Source of the DNA: a virus
Direction: 5' to 3' (one strand)
Virus record (IMG/VR): IMGVR_UViG_3300031595_000166
Location: 64,001 to 128,000 of that record
DNA length: 64,000 nt
Shown: positions 48,192-59,005 of the stretch, one piece after another
Position numbering within the stretch: the stretch's first letter is position 1
Layout of the letters: each line of letters starts with the position of its first letter
The notes under the pieces: model-generated
The model's input: the letters and a program-made list of their open reading frames with translations, nothing else
Database searches by the model: none
Told to the model about the DNA's origin: nothing
Program-made: the position numbers and the translations under genes

Positions 48192-48460
48192 ATCAATAAC
48201 ATCAACTTATCTAAACGATCTTTGCCAATTCTATTTTCAAGATAGGTAATCAGTTGATCTCTGAACACACCTGCTTTGGTATCTCCAATGAACTCAATGA
48301 TCTCTATTGTGTCTCTACCGTCAAGAATGATTTTATTACTGCGATCAAACTCTTTTTTTGTTAGAGGTTCCCATTCATTGAATCCAATACCGGGCTTCAA
48401 CTTACTACATGCAAGGCTAATATCTAAATGCAGTTCGCCCTTTTTGTTATACCTAAACAT
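48188..48460 (-). CDS. hypothetical protein with C-terminal tag
   Basis: Ends GKDRLDKLMLLI. Confidence 0.7.
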   Translation of the reverse strand: MFRYNKKGELHLDISLACSKLKPGIGFNEWEPLTKKEFDRSNKIILDGRDTIEIIEFIGDTKAGVFRDQLITYLENRIGKDRLDKLMLLI

Positions 48461-48499
48461 CTTTGTCTTTGAGTTTCTTTTCTGTATTTATTATTGAAA

Positions 48500-48775
48500 C
48501 TATTTGCTTCTAACAGTGCACCCTTTGAAAGACATCAGACCACCACAACACACAAGCATATTAACTTTGCGACCTGCTGGATTAGTTGCATTGGCGTGAT
48601 ACCAGTTTTGATCTTTTTGATCGCAACCCATAAACTGTGCTCCAAAAAAACCACGATTTGTAATCGTGATGTCATTGAAACCATTATCCGACAATGCCTT
48701 TACGGCTTCGTCATCATTCGTGGCACAAGCAACGATTGTAATAGACATGATTGCGAACATGAATAGATTTTTCAT
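48500..48775 (-). CDS. phage lipoprotein
   Basis: Start MKNLFMF after GGAGGAG; IVAC lipobox; ATNPAG..V..LVCCG...KGCTVR. Confidence 0.7.
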   Translation of the reverse strand: MKNLFMFAIMSITIVACATNDDEAVKALSDNGFNDITITNRGFFGAQFMGCDQKDQNWYHANATNPAGRKVNMLVCCGGLMSFKGCTVRSK

Positions 48776-48779
48776 TTGA

Positions 48780-49160
48780 CTAAACTCCTCCGCACAGATC
48801 AGTGAAGTCTGCGTTCGTCTTAAACCCAACGCTAACCAAGTCATCAAGAACTTCCTTTGCAGTGGCAGGTGAAGTATCTTGTTCGCACATCCAAACGCCT
48901 TCCATCTCATCATTCTCAGCAACATACTCGGGAAGAATGTCAGCGAGATCCATGTGCTGATCAAACATATATCCTTCCCTGTCGAAGTAAGCACACGGCG
49001 TGAGATACACCATCTTATTTTCATCAACAGCGACATAAAAATCAGACGGCAACGATTGACTGCACAACTTATCAAAAGTCTCGCGGTCGTCATCAAGATC
49101 AAGAATCTCTTCAATGTTTCCCCAAGACACATCAACATCGCTTGCTAGTAGATTAGTCAT
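48780..49160 (-). CDS. hypothetical protein, paralog of 2780..3154
   Basis: Start MTNLLAS downstream of promoter. Confidence 0.65.
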   Translation of the reverse strand: MTNLLASDVDVSWGNIEEILDLDDDRETFDKLCSQSLPSDFYVAVDENKMVYLTPCAYFDREGYMFDQHMDLADILPEYVAENDEMEGVWMCEQDTSPATAKEVLDDLVSVGFKTNADFTDLCGGV

Positions 49161-49199
49161 TGTTATATCCATTCTTTCTGCCTGCTTTGAGGCGCCAGT

Positions 49200-49228
49200 A
49201 ATATAACCACGAACGCACAAGCCGTCAA
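49200..49228 (-). promoter_or_regulatory. sigma70-type promoter
   Basis: TTGACG-17-TATATT. Confidence 0.75.
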
Positions 49229-49241
49229 CTGCGATAGTATC

Positions 49242-49415
49242 CTACATCAGCAACAATATATTTTCCCACCGTCTATATACTTGTGGCTTATATTTTTTGA
49301 GGTATCTAATGTTTTCGCTACGAGCATCGTACGAGATATAATAATGCTTAGCCCTCAATAAATGTTCAATTATTTCTTCGTCGCTTGCAGTTTCAATCCA
49401 AGATTTTGTTCCCAT
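49242..49415 (-). CDS. 57-aa helical protein with tag (not in ORF track)
   Basis: MGTKSWIETASDEEIIEHLL...YLKKYKPQVYRRWENILLLM. Confidence 0.7.
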   Translation of the reverse strand: MGTKSWIETASDEEIIEHLLRAKHYYISYDARSENIRYLKKYKPQVYRRWENILLLM

Positions 49416-49418
49416 ATA

Positions 49419-49655
49419 TTATCTCAATAGTAAGAATTTTTCAATTCGTTCTTCATCAAGAAAGACCAACTTACTAAATTGAAGCAGAACAATACTTTGT
49501 TCTACAACTAGTAGTACTCTTGTCATATATTCACCGGACATACTTACATTATCGTATAATACTTTATATTTTCCTACTAAATGATCGCAATATGGAACAC
49601 CATTGCCAGACGCAGACATATTGTAATCACAGATTGGGCAATGTAATGTCTTCAT
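49419..49655 (-). CDS. CPxC cassette protein, tagged
   Basis: CPIC...LDEERIEKFLLLR. Confidence 0.85.
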   Translation of the reverse strand: MKTLHCPICDYNMSASGNGVPYCDHLVGKYKVLYDNVSMSGEYMTRVLLVVEQSIVLLQFSKLVFLDEERIEKFLLLR

Positions 49656-49867
49656 TTTAGTAGTAGTAATTTCTCTATGCGCTCTTCATCCAAGAGACAC
49701 TGTTTTTCAAGATACAATACAAAAATGTTTTCGCACCAAACATTTATCCATTCAACACAATAATAGACAGTATATTTGCTATACATATGACGGCAAAAAT
49801 ACTTTGTACTACTCCAATACAATTCTTTATTACAGTGGGGGCAATTCATTTTAGTAGTAGGATACAC
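49652..49867 (-). CDS. CPxC cassette protein, tagged
   Basis: CPHC...LDEERIEKLLLLK. Confidence 0.85.
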   Translation of the reverse strand: MYPTTKMNCPHCNKELYWSSTKYFCRHMYSKYTVYYCVEWINVWCENIFVLYLEKQCLLDEERIEKLLLLK

Positions 49868-49896
49868 AGGTATTGACTTCGGGACAGTTGAACATA

Positions 49897-50847
49897 TTAA
49901 TATTTACTGCCAGTAAACGGCTTCACCAAACCGGACGCAACATCAGATTGAAACTTCTGCCAGTAGTTTTTGGAAGTCTTCTCATAGAGTTTTAGAACTT
50001 CGGGAATATGTTCATAGCAATATTTTCTGAACCAGCCGGACGTGATACTAGAACATACCTTAGAATATGCGAAGCGGAAACTTTTGTCTGGCGACCATAC
50101 ACCGGGATTGCTAATTTGTGAGCGTTCTAATGCCAGCGTAAGCCCTTCTTCTAAGGCACCAGCAAGTCTAATGTCTTCGGACACTGCGAAGAACTTCTCT
50201 TTACTGCATTTAACTTGCTCTCCATCAGAAAGGTAATTTTCGTATGCCGGACGGGAACCCAGCATTACAGAACGATGCAGATCATCATGATCAAAAATAT
50301 ACCGAACTGAATCGTCCTTGAAAAAATAATCCTTACTAACATTCAATTTAGGATGCTTTTGTGTTGCATAACTTTCTTGTTCGCGCAACTTATGAAACTC
50401 AACAAGCTCTGGACGGATCGTTGCACCCATATGCTTCATTAGATACCAGTCGCTTGCGTGCTTCCAAAATGTTGCGTCCGAAGTGTTTCCAAACTTCTTA
50501 TACTTGTGAGCGTCCTTCGTCGTCCACAATAAATCGATCGATGGAACCATCCCAAAACTCGTCTCCATATAATCTCCGTCTTCCTTCACCAAGTCAATCA
50601 ACAATTCATCGCTACTACCCGGCACCGCAATATCAAACTCCACCATCGTATCTCCCTCTACGATGACCTTGCGTCCATTATTCTCTTCATATACTCGGCG
50701 CCCTCCAACACGATCATAGTTAGATGCAATCCAAGCATTGGCTTCGTCTCTTGATGAAACAACGAAGTCAAAATCAAGTGGCGCTCGTTTCATTGCTGAA
50801 CCAAGTCTGAGCTTCATAGCACGCGAACCAATCAAGACTAAACTCAT
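49897..50847 (-). CDS. phage nucleotidyltransferase-like protein
   Basis: Pol-beta-like LIGSRA...DFD motif; C-terminal DHDDLH, EE..LALER, ITSGWFR. Confidence 0.6.
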   Translation of the reverse strand: MSLVLIGSRAMKLRLGSAMKRAPLDFDFVVSSRDEANAWIASNYDRVGGRRVYEENNGRKVIVEGDTMVEFDIAVPGSSDELLIDLVKEDGDYMETSFGMVPSIDLLWTTKDAHKYKKFGNTSDATFWKHASDWYLMKHMGATIRPELVEFHKLREQESYATQKHPKLNVSKDYFFKDDSVRYIFDHDDLHRSVMLGSRPAYENYLSDGEQVKCSKEKFFAVSEDIRLAGALEEGLTLALERSQISNPGVWSPDKSFRFAYSKVCSSITSGWFRKYCYEHIPEVLKLYEKTSKNYWQKFQSDVASGLVKPFTGSKY

Positions 50848-50856
50848 TTGATTATC

Positions 50857-51102
50857 CTATATGAGGAGTAAGAGTTTTTCAATTCGTTCTTCGTCAATAA
50901 AAACTAAGTCATTCATTATAGTAATTAGTCTCAATAATCTTCTGTGTTTTTTATTAGAAGTAAATTCATACAATCTCGTTGTTGTTGAGCCGTCATCGTT
51001 CAGATCATAAACTGCTCTATATTTAGAACCAATATAGTGGGCGCACCAATCACGATTGCGATCATCTTTTCTCATCACGAAACCACATACAGGACAATTC
51101 AT
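50857..51102 (-). CDS. CPxC cassette protein, tagged
   Basis: CPVC...IDEERIEKLLLLI. Confidence 0.85.
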   Translation of the reverse strand: MNCPVCGFVMRKDDRNRDWCAHYIGSKYRAVYDLNDDGSTTTRLYEFTSNKKHRRLLRLITIMNDLVFIDEERIEKLLLLI

Positions 51103-51299
51103 GTTAGCAACAACAGTTTTTCAATTCGTTCTTCATCAACCAGAATCGACCTTGGGAAAAACCCTTTGAACTGAAAACCTTTTGATGGTAGCAATTCGAA
51201 TATAGTCGTACCACCACCAGAATACATAACAAGGTATTTACCAACAAAATGCTCGCAGTAATCGTTGTGCATATATAATTTACAGATAGAGCAATTCAT
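51099..51299 (-). CDS. CPxC cassette protein, tagged
   Basis: CSIC...VDEERIEKLLLLT. Confidence 0.85.
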   Translation of the reverse strand: MNCSICKLYMHNDYCEHFVGKYLVMYSGGGTTIFELLPSKGFQFKGFFPRSILVDEERIEKLLLLT

Positions 51300-51514
51300 G
51301 TTAGCAACAATAGTTTTTCAATTCGTTCCCAACTAATCAACCCACTCATTTTTAGTAGTGGGCGCACATGCTGTATATCAGTTGAAAACACCTCCGTCGA
51401 ACAAGAACCATCCGCTCTGTAATCGTAGCATACTTTTATGGATCGATGGTTGTCTGCCCAATGATCGCAATAATTAGGAGCGCGTATTTCACGATCACAG
51501 ATAGGACAATTCAT
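51296..51514 (-). CDS. CPxC cassette protein, tagged
   Basis: CPIC...WERIEKLLLLT. Confidence 0.85.
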   Translation of the reverse strand: MNCPICDREIRAPNYCDHWADNHRSIKVCYDYRADGSCSTEVFSTDIQHVRPLLKMSGLISWERIEKLLLLT

Positions 51515-51847
51515 TTCTTGTTTTTCTTATCGCTTAGAATAGCGAATAGAGAAACGATTACCGCTACAATACCAATACTACAAGCAATAACCCCAGAAAC
51601 ATCAAGGATAGTTTGAAGCATTATCGACACTCAACAACGCTACAATCATTATCGCTTCTACAACGCATTGTGCAAGCAACGGTTCTATCAGCAGAATAGT
51701 TCCATACCGTGTGCTCAACAACACGATGCTCTCGTGCTGCCTTTTCGCTTGCGGCATTAGACATACAAACGCTATCAGAACACTGCTGACTTAGTGATGA
51801 CGCACAACCAGAACAGACAAACAACATTGCGATTAGCGTTTTCATAA

Positions 51848-52075
51848 TCAGTCTCCCGCGCACCAAGAACTACTTGACCAACCAATATCCGTGCCATCAA
51901 CATCGAAAAATGGCTTTACAGCATCCTTGATATCGTTCCAGTCGCTAAACGATCGAGGATTGATTGATGCTTTATCAGCAATTTCTTTTGCTTCATTCAA
52001 TGCTTTGATTGCTTCTGCAACCTTAGCATTCAATTCTTCAATGAGACCGTCGTAAGTCAATTCTAAATCAGTCAT
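51848..52075 (-). CDS. small helical protein with GWxSSxxC-type end
   Basis: LNAKV.EA...GWSSSSWC. Confidence 0.7.
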   Translation of the reverse strand: MTDLELTYDGLIEELNAKVAEAIKALNEAKEIADKASINPRSFSDWNDIKDAVKPFFDVDGTDIGWSSSSWCAGD

Positions 52076-52088
52076 ATCGACTTTCTAC

Positions 52089-52334
52089 TCAACAATCTGC
52101 GGTCATAGTTGATGTCTGCCAACCAGCTTGATCAAGAGAACCAATAATGGGATCAAAATCAATCAATTCTCCAAGTTTTTTGACATCACCAGTATAACAA
52201 TGAGGGTAAGCATAACATTTCACGCCAACCGATTTTGCAAGAGCATTTGCTTGCTTGATCAGTTCTCCTGCCTCTTTGATCTTTGCGTTGATTTGATCTG
52301 CAACCGACTGAAAATCCTTTTCGATGTCGCTCAT
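52089..52334 (-). CDS. small helical protein with GWxTS..C-type end
   Basis: Start MSDIEKD; QINAKIKEA...AGWQTSTMTADC. Confidence 0.7.
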   Translation of the reverse strand: MSDIEKDFQSVADQINAKIKEAGELIKQANALAKSVGVKCYAYPHCYTGDVKKLGELIDFDPIIGSLDQAGWQTSTMTADC

Positions 52335-52344
52335 AGTAATTCCC

Positions 52345-52614
52345 TTAGCAACCAATTGAACTTGTGTGCCAACCAGCCTTATCCAACTCACCAAACAACG
52401 GATAGATATTGACCTTGCCCCTGAACTCGTCAATCTTATCCTGCTCTTCTTCGGTATCAGCGCTGTCATCATCATACTCATCGTATGTAAGAGATGATAG
52501 TCCCGCTGCCTTAGCAAGAGCATTGGCTTGCTTCATTGCTTCCGCTGCCTCTTTGATCTTTGCGTTGATCTGATTTGCAAGTTCGGTAAAATCCGTTTCA
52601 ATTTTAGTGCTCAT
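52345..52614 (-). CDS. small helical protein with GWxTSSxxC-type end
   Basis: QINAKIKEA...AGWHTSSIGC. Confidence 0.7.
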   Translation of the reverse strand: MSTKIETDFTELANQINAKIKEAAEAMKQANALAKAAGLSSLTYDEYDDDSADTEEEQDKIDEFRGKVNIYPLFGELDKAGWHTSSIGC

Positions 52615-52802
52615 TTGTTTTTCTCCTTGAATGCGTACCTATTATACAGATGATTATACAAAAATCCAAGCGTAAAACCAATCAAAAACCTATAACCAAC
52701 ACCAACATGATGCGGGATCAATACCAATTCACTGAATGAGATCCACACAATCATGATTAGAAAAAATCCAACCCAAAAAGAAACTTTATTGAATGCAAAC
52801 AT
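52611..52802 (-). CDS. small two-TM membrane protein
   Basis: AGGAG RBS; hydrophobic. Confidence 0.55.
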   Translation of the reverse strand: MFAFNKVSFWVGFFLIMIVWISFSELVLIPHHVGVGYRFLIGFTLGFLYNHLYNRYAFKEKNK

Positions 52803-53096
52803 ATTGTTATCTCCTTTTCTTAAACCAATCAGTAATAGATATTATCAACATTCCAACTACACAGAATGCTGACATGAGAAACCATCCATTCATACCGCCA
52901 AACTCGACCATATCTAAGCCATTTTACCTTGCTCATTAAGCAAGAAACCGTATAGTAAATACGGACCGTTATGCGGATTGCAATCGCTAAGATATTGCTT
53001 CCACATAACAGCACGATCATACTCGGTGAATGCACAACTGCAATCTTCACCCTTATTATTCTGGATGAACCACACTTCAAACTTTTTCATATAGAC

Positions 53097-53125
53097 AATA
53101 TAAGGCTCGCGAGCCAGCTTGTCAA
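53097..53125 (-). promoter_or_regulatory. sigma70-type promoter
   Basis: TTGACA-17-TATATT. Confidence 0.75.
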
Positions 53126-53309
53126 GTGGTCGGGAAACTGCCTACATGGCTCTACTTGTGGGTAGACGAATAATATGTCCCATGCGAATTGCCAACTACT
53201 TTTCCATGAACAGATGGTTGTAATGTACAGCCACTTAGTAATCCTGCTAATGATATGATGAGCAATGTTTTCATATGGAACCTTATAGAATATCGCTTGT
53301 TTCTTGCGT

Positions 53310-54035
53310 CTACTTCTTATCTGGCGTCAAGAACGACTTGATATTATCCAAGTCTACACATAATCCAACACCGGGAACAGTCGTCAAAATTGATTCTGCT
53401 ACGCCAACAATGTTGCCGTCTTTATCGAATAATGCCCCACCAGAGTTTCCTCCAAAAATATGCCCGTCCAATTGAACATAATTTGCTTTGCGATCATCCT
53501 GAGGAATTTTACTACGATAGTTAGCAACAGTATGTTCCATATACGACCAATACAATCCATGTGTCTGACCAACAGTAAACACATGTTCGCCAATCATAGG
53601 AGTGTATTTAGCGATGCTTGCAATATCATGATCTGGAACGGTTCCAACAGTTTCAAGTACGGCTAAGTCAAGATCAAAACTTGTTTTGACAGCCACAGCA
53701 TTATGCATTGCCTTAGGCTCTTCGTTGATACCAACGACTTCGTCTTCAACAATGTATTGAATGGATGTACCAACAGGATCTTTTCGTTCTTGTTTTTCTG
53801 CCATGTGTTCTATACAATGAGACGCAGTCAGTATTGTATTGCTACTAATAAATGTTCCAGTGCAATATGGTCGGGTATCGCCGTCGTTATTCCTAACGAC
53901 TAACGCAACCGTAGCACGACCAATATGCTCTTGCAGAGCTGGCTTTCTTGGATATCTAAGTGGAGCAGGAGGGGGAGTGGAAGAACAACTTACAACAAAA
54001 ACTGATAGAACCAAGAGAGCGAATAGTTTGTGCAT
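53310..54035 (-). CDS. trypsin-like serine protease lipoprotein
   Basis: VVSC lipobox; LTASHC, DLAVL, GGNSGG triad. Confidence 0.9.
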   Translation of the reverse strand: MHKLFALLVLSVFVVSCSSTPPPAPLRYPRKPALQEHIGRATVALVVRNNDGDTRPYCTGTFISSNTILTASHCIEHMAEKQERKDPVGTSIQYIVEDEVVGINEEPKAMHNAVAVKTSFDLDLAVLETVGTVPDHDIASIAKYTPMIGEHVFTVGQTHGLYWSYMEHTVANYRSKIPQDDRKANYVQLDGHIFGGNSGGALFDKDGNIVGVAESILTTVPGVGLCVDLDNIKSFLTPDKK

Positions 54036-54056
54036 TTATATATACGAGATTATGCC

Positions 54057-54467
54057 TTATACCAACAGCAAAAACTTTTGCAGGTTTTCTTTTCCATAGA
54101 TGTGTTTGTTATCAAGTTGTGGAATGTAATTGCCATTGATCCAGTATCGAGTTTCTCCATTAGCAAACTCAGTAGCAGGTCCGTCTTCTCGATGAAGTTT
54201 GCCATTGATATACCAGTATTTGCTTCCATTAGCAAGCTCAATAGCAGGTCCGTCTTCTCGATGACGATTGTCGTTGAGATACCAGCGTTTGTCTCCATTA
54301 AAATACTCAATAGCAGGACCATCTTTCCGATGATATTTGCCATTGAGATACCAATATTTGCTTCCATCAGCATACTCAATAGCAGGACCGTCTTTACGGT
54401 GAAGTTTGCCATTGAGATACCAGTGTTTGTCTCCATTAGCATGGACTTTACATTCAGGCTTATTCAT
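54057..54467 (-). CDS. HREDGPA repeat protein with tagged tail
   Basis: Ends YGKENLQKFLLLV. Confidence 0.85.
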   Translation of the reverse strand: MNKPECKVHANGDKHWYLNGKLHRKDGPAIEYADGSKYWYLNGKYHRKDGPAIEYFNGDKRWYLNDNRHREDGPAIELANGSKYWYINGKLHREDGPATEFANGETRYWINGNYIPQLDNKHIYGKENLQKFLLLV

Positions 54468-54739
54468 ATCAGGAGTAAAAACTTTTGCAAGTTTTCTTTT
54501 CCATAGATATGTTTGTTATCGAGTTGTGGAATGTAATTGCCATTGATCCAGTATCGAGTTTCTCCATTAGCAAACTCAGTAGCAGGTCCGTCTTCTCGAT
54601 GAAGTTCGCCATTGAGATACCAGTATTTGATTCCATTAGCATACTCAACAGCAGGACCATCTTCTCGATGAAGATTGCCGTTTAGATGCCAGTGTTTGTC
54701 TCCATTAGCATGGACTTTACATTCAGGCTTACCGTTCAT
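54464..54739 (-). CDS. HREDGPA repeat protein with tagged tail
   Basis: Start MNGKPECK; ends YGKENLQKFLLLI. Confidence 0.85.
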   Translation of the reverse strand: MNGKPECKVHANGDKHWHLNGNLHREDGPAVEYANGIKYWYLNGELHREDGPATEFANGETRYWINGNYIPQLDNKHIYGKENLQKFLLLI

Positions 54740-55497
54740 AGACACTGACATGCTGATTCGCTAAACACTTTTTGTACTCTATAACCATCAATTTCTTCGG
54801 TATATGCTTCGCACAGATCCCCAATCTCTTGACTAACAGTATAATAACCAGTATAGTTATCAGGGTCAGTACTGGACTCAGCTAATTCGTGAGAGATTAC
54901 TTCATCAACAAAATCATAATTAGAGTTGTATTGAATGATAGCGAAGGTATATCGATTGCTACCATATGCCGTATGACTATGGTATCCATTCCAACTATTA
55001 CTTACCATTGTAGTTGTAATGACATTCGGCGGAAGCATAATGACATAGATTGTATTGTCATTTGGGAATGGAATAGTTCCAGCGAGAATATTATTGTTGA
55101 TATCGGCAACAAGAATGCTATCATCAACAGTGATTTGTTTTGAGATTAGATTGAACCCCGAGTTTACATCAAGTTTAGGTTCGCTATAATGATCAACTGG
55201 GTCAAGCGTTCCAGACTCAATACCATACTCGCTCAATCGTTGAAGCACGGTTCCAAGATCAAGCATATTATGCCACGCGTTTTGATAGTATTGTGGCTCA
55301 ATGAAGTTAGTGCCAGTCGTCCAATAACTACCATCGTAAATAAAATGCATCTCGGGTGTTTTTAGAAGCCAACCCGATGGATCATGGCGATAGACTTCAT
55401 ATTGACATGAAGGATTTGGATCAGTGTTTACTACCTGATCAATGTTTCCGGCACAACCAATGAATGAGAGGAGGATGATTGGGAGGAGGAGTTTCAT
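54736..55497 (-). CDS. lipoprotein with zincin-like HExxE motif
   Basis: FIGC lipobox; GYHS, SHELAESSTDP, EIGDLC. Confidence 0.65.
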   Translation of the reverse strand: MKLLLPIILLSFIGCAGNIDQVVNTDPNPSCQYEVYRHDPSGWLLKTPEMHFIYDGSYWTTGTNFIEPQYYQNAWHNMLDLGTVLQRLSEYGIESGTLDPVDHYSEPKLDVNSGFNLISKQITVDDSILVADINNNILAGTIPFPNDNTIYVIMLPPNVITTTMVSNSWNGYHSHTAYGSNRYTFAIIQYNSNYDFVDEVISHELAESSTDPDNYTGYYTVSQEIGDLCEAYTEEIDGYRVQKVFSESACQCL

Positions 55498-55509
55498 TTT
55501 GGTGCTTAT

Positions 55510-55538
55510 ATAGTAAGCATCCGCGAGTCGGCTGTCAA
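55510..55538 (-). promoter_or_regulatory. sigma70-type promoter
   Basis: TTGACA-17-TACTAT. Confidence 0.75.
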
Positions 55539-55585
55539 CCGGTATGGAGGTGTAGGTAAATCATTAAACGTAAGGGACTAAGTAG

Positions 55586-55908
55586 TGGTCGATGTGGGAG
55601 TCGAACCCACACTCCGGTTAAGGAACCTGATCTTCGTCATAGACACTTACTTTCGTAAGCCGCAACATTTGTTGCTTGCTATGCTGGACTATGCCTTTCC
55701 CATGATCAATTATTTGATTTTAGGGACTGCCCGTCTAGTCTCTACACCTTCCCCAATAATAAATTGGGGCTTGGCTCGGCGTTGTCATATGCATATTGCA
55801 TTTAGAGTTTCACCGAGTTTGAGCAGTTCTACATTCTAAGTTTCCTTAGACGCACTCAATTTTATTATACGCTGAGCCAGGCGCTTCTGCCAATTTAGCC
55901 AATCGACC
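55586..55908 (-). tRNA. tRNA-Leu(CAA), intron-containing (exons 55874-55908 and 55586-55634)
   Basis: GGTCGAT/ATCGACC acceptor, A73, long variable arm; anticodon arm CCTGG-CTC^AAGA-TCAGG after splicing. Confidence 0.85.
55635..55873 (-). ncRNA. group I intron (IC3-like) without ORF
   Basis: P AAACTCGGTGAAAC, Q AACGCCGAGCC, R GTGTAGAGACTAGA, S AAGGCATAGTCC; terminal G. Confidence 0.85.
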
Positions 55909-55968
55909 ATAACAATAAGTTAAGAAAAAAGAAAAATGCTAAGCTAAGAAAATCAATCTAATTTAGTA

Positions 55969-57863
<1,895 letters not shown>

Positions 57864-57910
57864 AGTTTAGTTTCCTTTTCAGTTTTTTGTTAGTAATTTA
57901 CTGTCCCCAT

Positions 57911-57939
57911 AATGTAATCATGGAGCAGTGTCTTGTCAA
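57911..57939 (-). promoter_or_regulatory. sigma70-type promoter
   Basis: TTGACA-17-TACATT. Confidence 0.75.
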
Positions 57940-57957
57940 TGTAGTCAGATGTAGGCG

Positions 57958-58215
57958 TTATGCCAACTGATCCACAGTGAAACTTGTTGAAAATTGTGCG
58001 TTATACCACTCAACCAATAGAGCAGCGCTGTCTCGGAACTTAAGATTCTGATCCTGAGCCTTTTGCATTACTGCAAGTGCCGCTGGTGTTGCGACTGGTG
58101 CAGAGTCAAGACCGTTATTCATCACGAACTCAATAAGAACATTTGGGTTCGTTCGAATGTATGTTAGTTGTGCGAGATGTTCTTCGTTTGTAAGGTTAGT
58201 AATTTTCAGATCCAT
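57958..58215 (-). CDS. hypothetical protein
   Basis: Strong AAGGAG RBS. Confidence 0.65.
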   Translation of the reverse strand: MDLKITNLTNEEHLAQLTYIRTNPNVLIEFVMNNGLDSAPVATPAALAVMQKAQDQNLKFRDSAALLVEWYNAQFSTSFTVDQLA

Positions 58216-58280
58216 TTTCGTTTCTCCTTTTTTGATGTTGTTTGTAGTACCATTTTTCTGATTTGAATAATCCTCTTCAC

Positions 58281-58646
58281 TTATAGCAGTAATAATGTTA
58301 TTGCAAGTTTCTCTTTACCATAGATTCGTTTGTTATCGAGTTGTGGAATGCGTTTATCATTGATATAGTATTCAGTTGTTCCATCAGAACACTCAATAGC
58401 GGGACCATCTTCTCGATGACATTTGCCATTGAGATACCATTCTTTGTATCCATTAGCATACTCAATAGCAGGACATGTCAATCCCGTTTCGGGATTGATG
58501 TCTTCTCGATGACGTTTGCCATTGAGATACCAACATTTGGTTCCATCAGCATACTCAATAGCAGGTCCATTTTCCCGATGAAGATTGCCATTGAGATACC
58601 AGCGTTTGGTTCCATTAACATCAATTTTACATTCAGGCTTACTCAT
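58281..58646 (-). CDS. HREDGPA repeat protein with tagged tail
   Basis: Ends YGKEKLAITLLLL. Confidence 0.85.
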   Translation of the reverse strand: MSKPECKIDVNGTKRWYLNGNLHRENGPAIEYADGTKCWYLNGKRHREDINPETGLTCPAIEYANGYKEWYLNGKCHREDGPAIECSDGTTEYYINDKRIPQLDNKRIYGKEKLAITLLLL

Positions 58647-59005
58647 ATTAGTAGTAGTAATTTTTGCAAGTTTTCTTTACCATAGATACGTTTGTTATCA
58701 AGTTGATGAATGTATTTGCCATTGATATAGTAGTAAGTTCTACCATCAGCAAACTCAACAACAGGTCCGTCTTCTCGATGAAGATTGCCATTGAGATACC
58801 AAGTTTTGGTTCCATCAGCATCCTCAATAGCAGGTCCGTCTTCTCGATGAAGCTTGCCATTGAGATACCAAGATTTATTTCCATTAGCATACTCAATAGC
58901 AGGACCATCTTCTCGATGAAACCTGTCATTGATATACCAATATTTGTCTCTATTTTTGTAGAGTTTGTAATATGGCTTGCCAAGTAGTTTGTTTAGCCAG
59001 TTCAT
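58643..59005 (-). CDS. HREDGPA repeat protein with tagged tail
   Basis: Ends YGKENLQKLLLLI. Confidence 0.85.
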   Translation of the reverse strand: MNWLNKLLGKPYYKLYKNRDKYWYINDRFHREDGPAIEYANGNKSWYLNGKLHREDGPAIEDADGTKTWYLNGNLHREDGPVVEFADGRTYYYINGKYIHQLDNKRIYGKENLQKLLLLI

